NCBI GenBank assembly: GCA_902559365.1
Contig: CACEHP010000008.1
Span: 3,071-67,070, forward strand
Reading direction: 5' to 3'
From: an uncultured SAR86 cluster bacterium
GTDB taxonomy: Bacteria; Pseudomonadota; Gammaproteobacteria; Magnimaribacterales; Magnimaribacteraceae
Length of the DNA: 64,000 bases
The translations under genes and the position numbers were made by a program. Below, one piece after another: positions 21,836 to 31,640 of the stretch. A model generated the notes under the pieces. It had not been told where the DNA came from. It ran no database searches and saw nothing but the letters and a program-made list of their open reading frames with translations. Position 1 is the stretch's first letter, and each line of letters opens with the position of its first letter.

Positions 21836-22387
21836 CTAGTTTCTCCAAATACCTTGATTAACGGGCATAGTCTTCTCAATATCTTCATACTTTCCTGTAT
21901 ATGCGACATGCTCCCCTAGAATTTCATCTATCTTAGTCCCCTTCCCTGCAATCAATAAAGGTTCAAATTGGGTTTTAGCAGTGAAACTTTGAAGATATTT
22001 ATAAGATTCTCTTATATTCATTGCTCCTTTTGCAGACTTCACTTCTATATCTTTAATTTTTCCTTTTGAGTTTATCGAATAAGAAAACTTAATTTTAGTT
22101 TTGCCTGGTTCAACATTGTCTGGTTTTTCAAAAAATTTTGAAACATAACTAGGAGTACAGAATAATAATTTGCAAACTGATTCGTCTCCTTTTTTTGATT
22201 CGGGCCAAGATTTAAGCTTGCAAGTACTGTCAGAGCAAGTCAAACAAGTTGATATAGTCTGTGATCTAAAATCGTTTAATTTACTTGCAGTATCTTTATT
22301 TAGTTCTTGGTTTATAGAGCATATAGGAGTGCTGGATACAGATAGAGCAAAAAAACTAAGTACTAGGATGATGTTGTATTTTTTCAT
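21836..22387 (-). CDS. Secreted hypothetical protein: Cys-rich N-domain plus TonB-C-terminal-like domain
   Basis: Signal peptide, six Cys in the N-half, 'IKFSYSINSKGKIKDIEV...FEP' resembling TonB_C. Confidence 0.5.
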   Translation of the reverse strand: MKKYNIILVLSFFALSVSSTPICSINQELNKDTASKLNDFRSQTISTCLTCSDSTCKLKSWPESKKGDESVCKLLFCTPSYVSKFFEKPDNVEPGKTKIKFSYSINSKGKIKDIEVKSAKGAMNIRESYKYLQSFTAKTQFEPLLIAGKGTKIDEILGEHVAYTGKYEDIEKTMPVNQGIWRN

Positions 22388-22495
22388 GATAAACCTTAAA
22401 TTTTAAATTTAGAATAACACTTCATGTTTTGGGCAGTCTATATCTTTCATTTATGTCTTTACATTTATTTAGATGCAAAAGTTTTCTAATTCAGT

Positions 22496-23386
22496 CTAAC
22501 CTTTTTGCAGAAAACTGAATGATTCGTGAATAGCTGCCTTCGCTTCCCTAATCATCAAAGCCTGTCTCTCTTTGGGCAATCTCCAATCATGGATATATCT
22601 TAAAGTTGACGCAGAAACATAAATGAGCCAGAGGGATAATCTCTTGCTGTCAATGTCTATATAGTTTGAGCATAAAGTCTGAAAAAGCTCTGCGCCCTTC
22701 GACCCATACTTATACCTTAATTCTAAACTTGCTACAGCTATGTCCGACATGGGATCTCCAATAGCCGCATATTCCCAATCTATCAAACCAATTATTTCAT
22801 TATTTTTCCAAAGGATATTACCGGGCCAAAAATCTCCGTGAAGAAATTTATATTCTCCAATAAATATTGAACTTCCAATTGATTTCAAATATTCACGAAC
22901 CTTTCTCCATTCTTTTTCATCTGGCAGATAATCTAAAAGTCTGTCTAAAGGATCAATACGAATGGGTAGTTTGGGTAAATTACTAATTTCTATTGAACGT
23001 ATATCATTAAGTAAGTTAGAAACTTTTTCCATCCATGAAATATCTAACTCATCAGGCTCAAAACTTTTACCATCAATAAAGCTCATGACCATGAAGGGTT
23101 TAGGAAAATACTTCAAGCTAACATCTATGTGAATAGCCTCAGGTAAAGGTAAGTTACTTCCTTTAAGGCAGTTAATCAGATGATATTCTATAGAAATTCT
23201 GTTCTCTGCTCTGGGAGACCCTTCAGACCTCAAAACAACTTTTTTTTTAAGACTACCTTCTACTAAATTGAGAATGTACACGTCAGAAGAGTATCCTCCA
23301 GGAAGAATATCAGCACTAATTAGTTTAGCTTTAGGAGAAATTAAAGCGGCAATATTTTGAAAATCTTCTTTCACATTACGGCTCAA
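22496..23386 (-). CDS. Aminoglycoside-phosphotransferase (APH)/choline kinase family protein
   Basis: LHGDFWPGNIL and IDWE...GDP motifs; TTG start uncertain. Confidence 0.85.
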   Translation of the reverse strand: MSRNVKEDFQNIAALISPKAKLISADILPGGYSSDVYILNLVEGSLKKKVVLRSEGSPRAENRISIEYHLINCLKGSNLPLPEAIHIDVSLKYFPKPFMVMSFIDGKSFEPDELDISWMEKVSNLLNDIRSIEISNLPKLPIRIDPLDRLLDYLPDEKEWRKVREYLKSIGSSIFIGEYKFLHGDFWPGNILWKNNEIIGLIDWEYAAIGDPMSDIAVASLELRYKYGSKGAELFQTLCSNYIDIDSKRLSLWLIYVSASTLRYIHDWRLPKERQALMIREAKAAIHESFSFLQKG

Positions 23387-23399
23387 ACTTTTAGATATC

Positions 23400-24464
23400 T
23401 TATCGATTAACTTTTATCAGGGCTTGTCCCAAATTAGCAACATAAAAAGGATCTTGTTTTCCACCAATTATCATACCAGTTAGAAGTCCGGGCATGTCTC
23501 CTGTTACATCGGGACCTATAAGGTCTGCAATTCCGTCACCATTTTTAACTCGATTCAATCCAACCTGTAATATTTCCTTACCCAAATCTGTTTGTGCATC
23601 AAAGACAACCGTTGAGGTACCGTCAGATAGATTTATCGAATAAATTTGATTAGATAAAGGCGAAGCAACCCACAATAAACCATCGTGATTCATCTGCATA
23701 TTGTCTGGAGATGGAATAAGAGACAAAACATTTTGATTAGATAAAGATCCATTTGATAAATCAAGATCAAAAACTAGGACGCGATTTCCGAGTGTTTCAG
23801 ATAGATAAAATTTTCTATTTAATTCATCTACGTAAAATCCGTTCGCGAAATTAAATCCTTCTACTACCAATTGAGGTGAGGTTGAATCATTAAAGCTCTT
23901 TGAGTTAGGTATTCTATATACTGCCCCATCTCCTAGAGGTTTAGACAATGCACCAAATAAGCGTTCTTCATTTTTATTTTTAGTTGACTGAGTAAACCAT
24001 ACTGCTCCAGTAGAATCTTCTATTGCAGTATTTACTCCAAATTCATGTTTATAAATGATTTCAGTGTCACCTGATTTCACAGAAGTCTTATAAATATATC
24101 CTGAAAAAACATCAGCAGTAATTATAAATTCTTTATCAGGTGTAAGGTGCACACCATTAGGTCCTGACTCAACTGCAGGAGGGTTATGGCTATAGCCTAA
24201 TTCATTAAATTTTCCAAAAGGTTCAACTGTTCCATCAACTTCTATCTTAGCTAAACCATATCTTTGATCAGCTACAATCAATGTTCCATCATTTAAGAAA
24301 ACTCCATCTTCAGCCCTTGCCAAGGGACGGTTTGCAGGAAACTCAACACCATCGGACAGATTCCAGATATTTTGATTAGCTGAATAGGATTCTTCATTAT
24401 TTGAATTAGTGCAACTAATCAAAAAAATTACAAATGAAACTATAATTATTTTTTTTACCATCAT
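23400..24464 (-). CDS. SMP-30/gluconolactonase-like beta-propeller lipoprotein
   Basis: Lipobox LISC; AEDG, GPNG, FANG and SPDN metal-ligand motifs. Confidence 0.75.
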   Translation of the reverse strand: MMVKKIIIVSFVIFLISCTNSNNEESYSANQNIWNLSDGVEFPANRPLARAEDGVFLNDGTLIVADQRYGLAKIEVDGTVEPFGKFNELGYSHNPPAVESGPNGVHLTPDKEFIITADVFSGYIYKTSVKSGDTEIIYKHEFGVNTAIEDSTGAVWFTQSTKNKNEERLFGALSKPLGDGAVYRIPNSKSFNDSTSPQLVVEGFNFANGFYVDELNRKFYLSETLGNRVLVFDLDLSNGSLSNQNVLSLIPSPDNMQMNHDGLLWVASPLSNQIYSINLSDGTSTVVFDAQTDLGKEILQVGLNRVKNGDGIADLIGPDVTGDMPGLLTGMIIGGKQDPFYVANLGQALIKVNR

Positions 24465-24535
24465 AGTGATTCCTTAGTATTAAAGAGAGCTTAACTTAAA
24501 TAAACCGCAAGATGTTGGAATTTATAGACTTTTAA

Positions 24536-24626
24536 TGGCGGAGAGAGAGGGATTCGAACCCTCGATAGGGGATTACCCTATACTCCCTTAGCAGGGGAGC
24601 GCTTTCAACCACTCAGCCACCTCTCC
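24536..24626 (-). tRNA. tRNA-Ser(GCT)
   Basis: Minus strand GGAGAGG...CTCCC-CTGCTAA-GGGAG, long variable arm, GGTTCGAATCC, ends TCTCTCCGCCA. Confidence 0.96.
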
Positions 24627-24651
24627 GGGATCGTATATTCTAAGGTTATGT

Positions 24652-26274
24652 TTATGATTGTCTAATGGAATCTGCCGCCTTCTCTGCAATCATTATTGTT
24701 GGAGCATTTGTATTACCACCGATTAGAGTTGGCATTATGGAAGCGTCAACAACTCTCAACCCTGAAATCCCATGGACTTGAAGGTTGGAATTTACAACAG
24801 CCATATCATCCTCTCCCATTTTGCAAGTTCCAACAGGGTGATAGAGGGTTTCTCCTGTATTCCTTATCCACTCATCTAGTTGATCATCGTCATCCACATT
24901 TACATCTTTTCCTGGTTTAGTTTGTTCGCCTCTGTAGGGATCAAATGCCTTCTGATGAAAAACTCTTCTAGTTTCGCGAAGAGCATTTCTTGTGTCGATC
25001 ATGTCTTGTTCTTCTGATAAATAATTAGGATACATAAGTGGAGCATCGCTAGGGTTCGCACTTCTCAAGGCTATGTAACCTCTACTTTGTGGTCTACATA
25101 TATAAATTACTGCAGTAAAGCCATGTTTTTCATCAATGCCTAACCTGCCGTGTAAATCTGGAGTTTGTATGGCTGTAAAGTGTAACTGCGTATCAGGTAT
25201 ATCTTTATCTGGACTAGATTTGAAAAAAGCACCAGCACTGGTTGGGGGATAAGCAGCATCACCTGTTCCAAATAATAAATATCTGATACCCGCAACTCCA
25301 GTTTTCAAGAGGCCCGCTGATCTATGCAAAGTAATAGGTTGTGTTGCATAAAATGAATTTAAAACTCCATAATGATCTTGAAGATTTTTACCCACTCCCT
25401 TCAGTTCATGAACAACATCAATTCCGTGCTTACTTAACTCATCAGAATCTCCTATACCGCTATTCATAAGAATTTGTGGACTATTAATTGCACCAGCAGA
25501 AATGATGATCTCTTTATTGCATTTACAAGAAAGCAATTGACCATTTTTAGTATATTCAACTCCAATAGCTTTTTTACCTTCGAAGAGTATTTTATTTACT
25601 TGGACATTAGTTTCTGTGGAGAGATTTTTTCTTTTTAATGCAGGATGGAGATATGCTCTAGCTGAACTCCATCTCCTTGGACCAAAACTAGTATCTTTCA
25701 TAGTATGCTCATACCTAGAAAAGCCTTCTTGTTCTTTTCCGTTAAAATCCTCAGTGAGAGGGAAGCCAGCTTGAGAGCCAGCCTCTATGAAAATATCTAA
25801 TAATGGATCATCAGTTCTGGAAGATTTTTTTACGTTTAGCGGTCCATCAAAGCCGTGATAATCTTCATCTCCATCCCCTTGAAAACTCTCGGCCTTCTTA
25901 AAATATGGCAATACATCTTCGTATGACCATCCGGTATTTCCTAATTGTCTCCATAAATCATAGTCATACGCATGACCTCTTATATACACCATCGCATTTA
26001 TTGAAGAAGAACCTCCCCAAACTTTGCCCCTGGGCCAATAAAGTTGACGATTATTTGTTGTTGCCTCAGGTTCAGTTTCAAAACCATAATTAAGCTTACT
26101 CTTAGTAGGAACTATTTGAGAGTATCCAGATGGCATATGAATAAAGAAGTTTCTATCCTTTCCTCCTGCTTCGATACTTAGAACTGTACTTTCTTCATCT
26201 TCAGAAAGTCTATTAGCCATTACACATCCAGCGCTCCCTGCTCCTATGACTATATAATCAAAATTTCTATCCAT
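24652..26274 (-). CDS. GMC oxidoreductase (choline dehydrogenase-like)
   Basis: GAGSAG, RGKVWGGSSSINAM, YHPVGTCKMG, GNTNAPTIMIAEK. Confidence 0.92.
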   Translation of the reverse strand: MDRNFDYIVIGAGSAGCVMANRLSEDEESTVLSIEAGGKDRNFFIHMPSGYSQIVPTKSKLNYGFETEPEATTNNRQLYWPRGKVWGGSSSINAMVYIRGHAYDYDLWRQLGNTGWSYEDVLPYFKKAESFQGDGDEDYHGFDGPLNVKKSSRTDDPLLDIFIEAGSQAGFPLTEDFNGKEQEGFSRYEHTMKDTSFGPRRWSSARAYLHPALKRKNLSTETNVQVNKILFEGKKAIGVEYTKNGQLLSCKCNKEIIISAGAINSPQILMNSGIGDSDELSKHGIDVVHELKGVGKNLQDHYGVLNSFYATQPITLHRSAGLLKTGVAGIRYLLFGTGDAAYPPTSAGAFFKSSPDKDIPDTQLHFTAIQTPDLHGRLGIDEKHGFTAVIYICRPQSRGYIALRSANPSDAPLMYPNYLSEEQDMIDTRNALRETRRVFHQKAFDPYRGEQTKPGKDVNVDDDDQLDEWIRNTGETLYHPVGTCKMGEDDMAVVNSNLQVHGISGLRVVDASIMPTLIGGNTNAPTIMIAEKAADSIRQS

Positions 26275-26338
26275 TTTTTTTAAGGTATGTTTGAGTTTGG
26301 AAATGCTTATTTTAAGCTTATTAAGGAAATAATCGAAG

Positions 26339-27295
26339 TTAGGATTGCTTTAGATGCTGAATTATTTCTGCCGTAATATCCTTAACCAGTTCTTCAGGAA
26401 TTTCATGTCCCACTCCTTCCATTATCATTTTTTTGGCATTAGGAATATTGTCATATAACGCAATACCGTGATCCAACGGTAAAATAGCATCTTCAGTTCC
26501 GTGTATAACCAAAGTTGGTTTACTTATTTGATGAAGTCTATCTTTTCTGCTTGGACAAGCTCCTGCAGCATCACCGTGTTTACAGTTTGGGTTATGCCCG
26601 TGATCCATTACTGGTATAAGTTTTTCCCTGAATCTTTCTTCATCAAAAGGGAATCTAGAACCCGTAAGTTCTCTATAGATTCTTGTTACTGAATCAGCAT
26701 GATTTCCCTTAGCATCCATGAAAACTGATTCCTGTAGTCCTTTTACTAAAGCAGGAGTCATATTTGAAAGTTCCGGATCTCCAACTCCCGGAGAAGACAT
26801 AATTGGTGTAATTGTCAAAACTCTATCGGGATAATCAAGTGCAAGAAGTTGCGTTATCATACCTCCCATTGAAGCTCCAATAATATGGGCTTTATCAATA
26901 TTTAAATGATCCATGAGAGAGATAGCATCCTTTGCCATGTCATCTAGAGTATAGTCAGGATCTCGTATATCAAACTCCTGCATATAACCATTTTCATCAA
27001 TAATAGAATTAAAGGCTTTATTTAGAAAAAACTTTAATAAAAAATTTGGTAAAAATAGTCGAACTAACTTTGCAGAAAAAGATTCCTTTCCAAACCAAGT
27101 GCTCTTGCCAACATCTCTATTGTCAAACCTTATAACATGGAAGCCAGCATCAACAATCGGATCAATGAACTCTGGGGTCCATTGCATACAATTTGCATTT
27201 GCACCCATGATTAGAAGCACAGATGGATTGGAAGGGTCACCGAAGTCTTCCCACCAAATATTGATGTTATTTACTTCGGCAAGTCCTTGGGTCAT
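26339..27295 (-). CDS. Alpha/beta hydrolase (esterase)
   Basis: DNRDVGKS, GASMGG nucleophile elbow, HGTED, GVGH. Confidence 0.9.
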   Translation of the reverse strand: MTQGLAEVNNINIWWEDFGDPSNPSVLLIMGANANCMQWTPEFIDPIVDAGFHVIRFDNRDVGKSTWFGKESFSAKLVRLFLPNFLLKFFLNKAFNSIIDENGYMQEFDIRDPDYTLDDMAKDAISLMDHLNIDKAHIIGASMGGMITQLLALDYPDRVLTITPIMSSPGVGDPELSNMTPALVKGLQESVFMDAKGNHADSVTRIYRELTGSRFPFDEERFREKLIPVMDHGHNPNCKHGDAAGACPSRKDRLHQISKPTLVIHGTEDAILPLDHGIALYDNIPNAKKMIMEGVGHEIPEELVKDITAEIIQHLKQS

Positions 27296-27303
27296 GAGAA
27301 ACC

Positions 27304-29712
27304 TTAAAAATCTCTACGCCACTCTATTCCAAACCTTCTGGGTTGACCCCAATAATCAGCAGCCATCCCTAAACTAGGATCAACTCCTCCAGCTGGAACA
27401 TCACCACCCTGCCAAAGCATATTTGCAATATATCTTTTATCAGTCAGGTTAGTACCCCACAAGCTGATAGTTGTTACACCATCGGGTAGTCGCATTGCAA
27501 TCCTTCCATCTACTAAGTTGTATCCCGGCGCATTGGAGCCAGGAACATGCTCTAAGGTTCCCCAGACATTATCTTGTTTGTTTAGACTTATTTGGCTGGT
27601 AACAGAAGTTCCGTCAGATAAAGTTTGATCATGGATTAATCCAATATCAAAGGTATAACTTCTTCCGTTATCTCCTGAGCCTCCGAAAGGTGTAGAGGTT
27701 AGATCTCTTAAGACATCTGTAGATACAAACGTTGCTGGATCATAAAGCGTATCTACGACACTAAAGTCATTATATTCTCCATCCAGAAGACCGTAAGTCA
27801 TAGTAAGAGTCCAGTTGTCGGACAACTGAGCAGCTAATTCAAATTCTAATCCAGCCAAATCAGCTTCATTTGCATTAACAATATCTGCTGTGGGCTGCCC
27901 ATCAATTATCCTACCAACAGTGATTTGTTGATTCTCATAGATAGTTGAAAAATAAGTACCGTTTAGACGTACTGTCCCATCCCTAAGAGTACTCTTAAAT
28001 CCAACTTCATAGTTATCAGATACTTCAGGTAAGAAAGGTTTCATTCTTACATCCTGGTTAAAACCACCTGAAGAATAACCTTTACTGTAACTAGCATAGA
28101 CTAAGAAATCTTCATCATAAGCATGACTAAGAATTACTCTGGATGTTGTCTCATCGTACTCAATTTCTTGATAACAACTATCGCTCTTAGCGATACCTGT
28201 ATTTGGATCAATATTCCCAGGACAAGCATAACCAGGATCAAAACCGCCGCCAATAAGAGTCTGCCTTCTTAAATATTCTCTGTCATCACTGGTTCTTCTC
28301 ATGCCTACAGTTAAATCTGTCTGGTCATTGAATGCGTAGGTTCCTTCAGCGTAAAAAGCGTCATTGGAATTTGTTACATCGTTTGATTGATATCTTGATC
28401 CAAACATTTGAGTTCCCATGACAGTTTGAGCAACATTTAAAACGCCAGGGATAACAAGATAGTACATAGGCCAGTCTGCAGCTGAAGGAGGAGTGTATCC
28501 TCTCAATACAGGAACATCTATCTCACCAAAACTATCTTCCTCGAACATATAAGCACCCAGAGTCCAAGACAAATTACCAGTATCTCCAGAAAGTCTAATC
28601 TCATGAGAGTCTATATCATTCTCACTTGGATTATTAATTACATCTAGAAGGTTGGTTGTGCTTGTGGTGGGTGAATTACCAGAACCCATTCCCCAGCCCC
28701 AAGTGCCGTTATAATTCTCAATCTCTCTATGATTAGAAATAATTGTAAGAGTACCTATTTCCATATCTAGAGTTTGAGTTAAGGTATATGAATCGGTTTC
28801 TGAAGTTACATTCTGATTGGGATTGTTATCTCTTCCAAGCCCATATCCAGTTTCATTACAGTTCTTAACCATTGTGGCATATGTTCCTGCTAGATAAGCA
28901 ACTGCACCAAATCCAGTCGCTAAAGCTCCATTTTCAGGATTTATAAAACGACAACTCGATAAAGTTGCAAGTTCATCCGATTCGAAGTGATCGTAAGTGA
29001 ATCTTGCATTGTAAGCATCACCGGAGTACTGAAAAGATGCTCTGATTGATTGAGAGTCTTCGTTACCTTGATAATTTCCAGTAATTTGATTTTTCATAAA
29101 GCCATCTGTCTCTTTTGACATAACAGCAAATCTTGAAGAGAACCTATCTGAAAGCGGAACATTTACCACACCTCTCAAAACTCTATGACCTTCGGTACCA
29201 AAACCTACATTTACAAAACCCTCAAAATCTTCTGTTGGAGCTTTCGTTATTATGTGAACCAACCCTGCGGTAGTATTTCGGCCGAATAAAGTACCTTGAG
29301 GCCCCCTCAGTACCTCAACACGTTCAACGTCTATCAGGTCTACCATTCCACCTTGCGGACGACTTAGATAAACACCATCTATATAAATGCCTATTTTAGG
29401 GTCTTGAGTTTCGGACCAATTGGTTTGACCTATACCTCTTAAAAACACATTAGTAACAGTAGAGTTAATGCCTTGAGCTTCAAAGTTCATGTTAGGCGTC
29501 AACTTAGTTATGTCGGCAATCTCTGTGATATTTCTCGCTTCAATTTGATCGCCACCTAAAGCAGTAATTGGAATGGGTACAGATTGAGCTGTTTCCTCTC
29601 TTTGTCTAGCTGTTACAACAACCTCATCAAAAACAGATGACTCATCGTCTGCAGCAAAAGAAAATGAAGGAAATGATAAAAAAGAAAGTATAAGTAAGTA
29701 TCTCAAAGACAT
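27304..29712 (-). CDS. TonB-dependent receptor
   Basis: EVVVTARQRE TonB box, VEVLRGPQGTLFGRN plug motif, C-terminal Phe. Confidence 0.95.
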   Translation of the reverse strand: MSLRYLLILSFLSFPSFSFAADDESSVFDEVVVTARQREETAQSVPIPITALGGDQIEARNITEIADITKLTPNMNFEAQGINSTVTNVFLRGIGQTNWSETQDPKIGIYIDGVYLSRPQGGMVDLIDVERVEVLRGPQGTLFGRNTTAGLVHIITKAPTEDFEGFVNVGFGTEGHRVLRGVVNVPLSDRFSSRFAVMSKETDGFMKNQITGNYQGNEDSQSIRASFQYSGDAYNARFTYDHFESDELATLSSCRFINPENGALATGFGAVAYLAGTYATMVKNCNETGYGLGRDNNPNQNVTSETDSYTLTQTLDMEIGTLTIISNHREIENYNGTWGWGMGSGNSPTTSTTNLLDVINNPSENDIDSHEIRLSGDTGNLSWTLGAYMFEEDSFGEIDVPVLRGYTPPSAADWPMYYLVIPGVLNVAQTVMGTQMFGSRYQSNDVTNSNDAFYAEGTYAFNDQTDLTVGMRRTSDDREYLRRQTLIGGGFDPGYACPGNIDPNTGIAKSDSCYQEIEYDETTSRVILSHAYDEDFLVYASYSKGYSSGGFNQDVRMKPFLPEVSDNYEVGFKSTLRDGTVRLNGTYFSTIYENQQITVGRIIDGQPTADIVNANEADLAGLEFELAAQLSDNWTLTMTYGLLDGEYNDFSVVDTLYDPATFVSTDVLRDLTSTPFGGSGDNGRSYTFDIGLIHDQTLSDGTSVTSQISLNKQDNVWGTLEHVPGSNAPGYNLVDGRIAMRLPDGVTTISLWGTNLTDKRYIANMLWQGGDVPAGGVDPSLGMAADYWGQPRRFGIEWRRDF

Positions 29713-29792
29713 AATTTTCTCCCTGTATTATGTATGTTCTAGTTACTCTAGAGGAAAAAAACAACTTAGGGAAGTTTATTTAGAGGTGTAAA

Positions 29793-30350
29793 TTACTCCC
29801 AAACCTCAAGGAAATCATCTAAATTATGTTCCGGCAATGGCTTCTCTTTACCCATTGAAGTTCCTACATATAGATATCCAATAATTTGAAAGTTTTCTTG
29901 CAAACCTAAATGTTTTGTAATTTCAGGATTAAATGCCATTTGACCAGTTCTCCACACGGCAGAGAAACCCATATCATGCAATCCTAGCAAGATGTTTTGG
30001 GCTGCCGTTCCAAGCGATATTATTTGTTCTATTTCAGGTACCTTAGGATGATACTTTACGTCTGCGGCCAGAATAATAACCATTGGAGCTCTAAAAGGAG
30101 CTTTAAGTAGTTTTTCTACTTCCGCATCCGTTAAATCTTGATTGAGAGAATTAGCAGTTTCTAAAAAGATATTTCCAAGTCTCTCTCTGGCTTCACCTCT
30201 TACTTCGATAAACTTCCAGGGTCGTAGTCTTGCGTGATCGGGAGCTCTCAATGCTCCTTTATAAACTTCAGACATCTGCTCATGAGTTGGGGCAGGATCT
30301 TCTAGGTGTGGGATAGAATTTCTAGTTTGTATTGCTGTTAATGTATCCAA
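29793..30350 (-). CDS. Nitroreductase, YdjA-like
   Basis: RAPDHARLRPW, AAQNILL, WRTG; TTG start. Confidence 0.88.
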   Translation of the reverse strand: MDTLTAIQTRNSIPHLEDPAPTHEQMSEVYKGALRAPDHARLRPWKFIEVRGEARERLGNIFLETANSLNQDLTDAEVEKLLKAPFRAPMVIILAADVKYHPKVPEIEQIISLGTAAQNILLGLHDMGFSAVWRTGQMAFNPEITKHLGLQENFQIIGYLYVGTSMGKEKPLPEHNLDDFLEVWE

Positions 30351-30433
30351 AATATACTCTCAATGCTTATTTTACTATATAAACAAGTCATAAATTAGCC
30401 TCTTCACAAGAAAATTTACTTATAATTAAGGTC

Positions 30434-31432
30434 ATGAAAGGAATTCTCCTCATTAATTTGGGCTCTCCTAAAGATCTCGAACTAGAATCAATAAAGGAAT
30501 ATTTAAAAGAGTTTTTATCGGATGATCTTGTAATTGATTATCCTAAATTTCTTCAACAAATACTCGTAAATTGGATAATTATTCCGTCTAGATATAAAAA
30601 TACTAGAGAAGCTTACTCCGAAATTTGGACAGAGAAAGGTTCTCCTTTGATTAATGACACACTTACATTGGGTGATAAAGTAAGCTCCAAGTTAAATATC
30701 CCGGTTGAAGTGTCCATGAGGTATCAATTTCCAAGTATTGAAGAAGGATTAATCAATCTCAAAAAAAAGGGATGCTCTGAAATTTTTGTGGTTCCTCTCT
30801 ATCCTCATTACGCAATGTCTACTGTGTTAACTACTGAAAAAGAGGTTAAAAGGATTGAAAATGAGCTTGAGCTTGATCTTAAACTCAATTTTATTGAGGC
30901 CTTTTACAGTGAACAAGAATATATTTCCAGTCTAAGCAATGTCATAAGCAGTAACAGGCAATCAGAAAGCGATTTCTTGTTATTTAGTTACCACGGCATA
31001 CCCAATAGGCACTTGTTAAAAACAGATCCTACTCAAAACCATTGCTTGAAAGTAGAAAATTGTTGCGATATGGAATCTAAAGCAAAACCTTTTTGTTACA
31101 AGGCTCAAGTCATTGAAACTTCTAGGCTTTGCGCAAAGCAATTGGAGCTCAAAGAAGATGAATGGGGAATATCTTTCCAATCAAGAATAGGTCCTGGGTG
31201 GATACAACCTTTTACAGACAAGGAGTTAGTAAGACTTGCAGGAGAAGGTGTAAAAAATTTAGATGTTGTTTGTCCAGCTTTTGTAACTGATAACCTAGAG
31301 ACGCTTGAAGAGATGAATATCCGTGGAAGAGAAACCTTTTTGGAAGCAGGAGGAAAGTCTTTTAACTATATACCTTGCCTTAACGATGAAGAATCTTGGG
31401 TAGACTTCTTAGTTAATGCTTCAAAAAGATAA
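30434..31432 (+). CDS. hemH: Ferrochelatase
   Basis: NLGSP, PLYPHY, FSYHGIP, FQSR, DNLETLEE. Confidence 0.96.
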   Translation: MKGILLINLGSPKDLELESIKEYLKEFLSDDLVIDYPKFLQQILVNWIIIPSRYKNTREAYSEIWTEKGSPLINDTLTLGDKVSSKLNIPVEVSMRYQFPSIEEGLINLKKKGCSEIFVVPLYPHYAMSTVLTTEKEVKRIENELELDLKLNFIEAFYSEQEYISSLSNVISSNRQSESDFLLFSYHGIPNRHLLKTDPTQNHCLKVENCCDMESKAKPFCYKAQVIETSRLCAKQLELKEDEWGISFQSRIGPGWIQPFTDKELVRLAGEGVKNLDVVCPAFVTDNLETLEEMNIRGRETFLEAGGKSFNYIPCLNDEESWVDFLVNASKR

Positions 31433-31462
31433 AAGGGACCTTAAAAGTCTCAAGATCCCTTT
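31431..31462 (-). terminator. Intrinsic terminator closing the receptor 3' region (may also serve hemH)
   Basis: Minus strand AAAGGGATCTTGA...TTAAGGTCCCTTTT; pairs fully only on the minus strand (G-U). Confidence 0.7.
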
Positions 31463-31620
31463 CTTAATCAACCTGTGGGGAGGGGTGTGATTAATCCGTT
31501 AATATTTATAGTCTGTAACAGATTCCGACTAGGTTAGAACGAGCCCGCTGAGCTTGGGACTCGTTCTTGGGCGCCTGACAGTAACATCTAATCTTCTAAA
31601 AATGCTTCTGTCAGCTGCAC
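31431..31620 (-). ncRNA. Putative structured 3'-UTR/small RNA (about 190 nt, five hairpins, one with a CCUCCCC loop)
   Basis: Hairpins at about 31575-31614, 31536-31567, 31509-31531, 31464-31494 (loop CCTCCCCACA) and the terminator; GC-richer than typical spacers here. Confidence 0.55.
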
Positions 31621-31640
31621 TATTACAAATCAATTACTTA

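Noticed and set aside
22496-23386. Antibiotic-resistance gene (APH)
   Set aside because: Only generic kinase motifs are present; the context is catabolic and non-mobile
21836-24535. Genomic island integrated at tRNA-Ser
   Set aside because: No integrase and no duplicated tRNA 3' end (att site) found by eye
24652-26274. Assigning the gene symbol betA
   Set aside because: The GMC family is broad and no betB/betI/betT context is present; substrate is uncertain
31487-31537. Plus-strand 16-aa ORF (GTG start, MINPLIFIVCNRFRLG) after a GGAGG, resembling a type I toxin
   Set aside because: The SD is simply the complement of the minus-strand C-rich loop, the hydrophobic stretch is too short and no promoter is evident; not fully excluded without ribosome profiling
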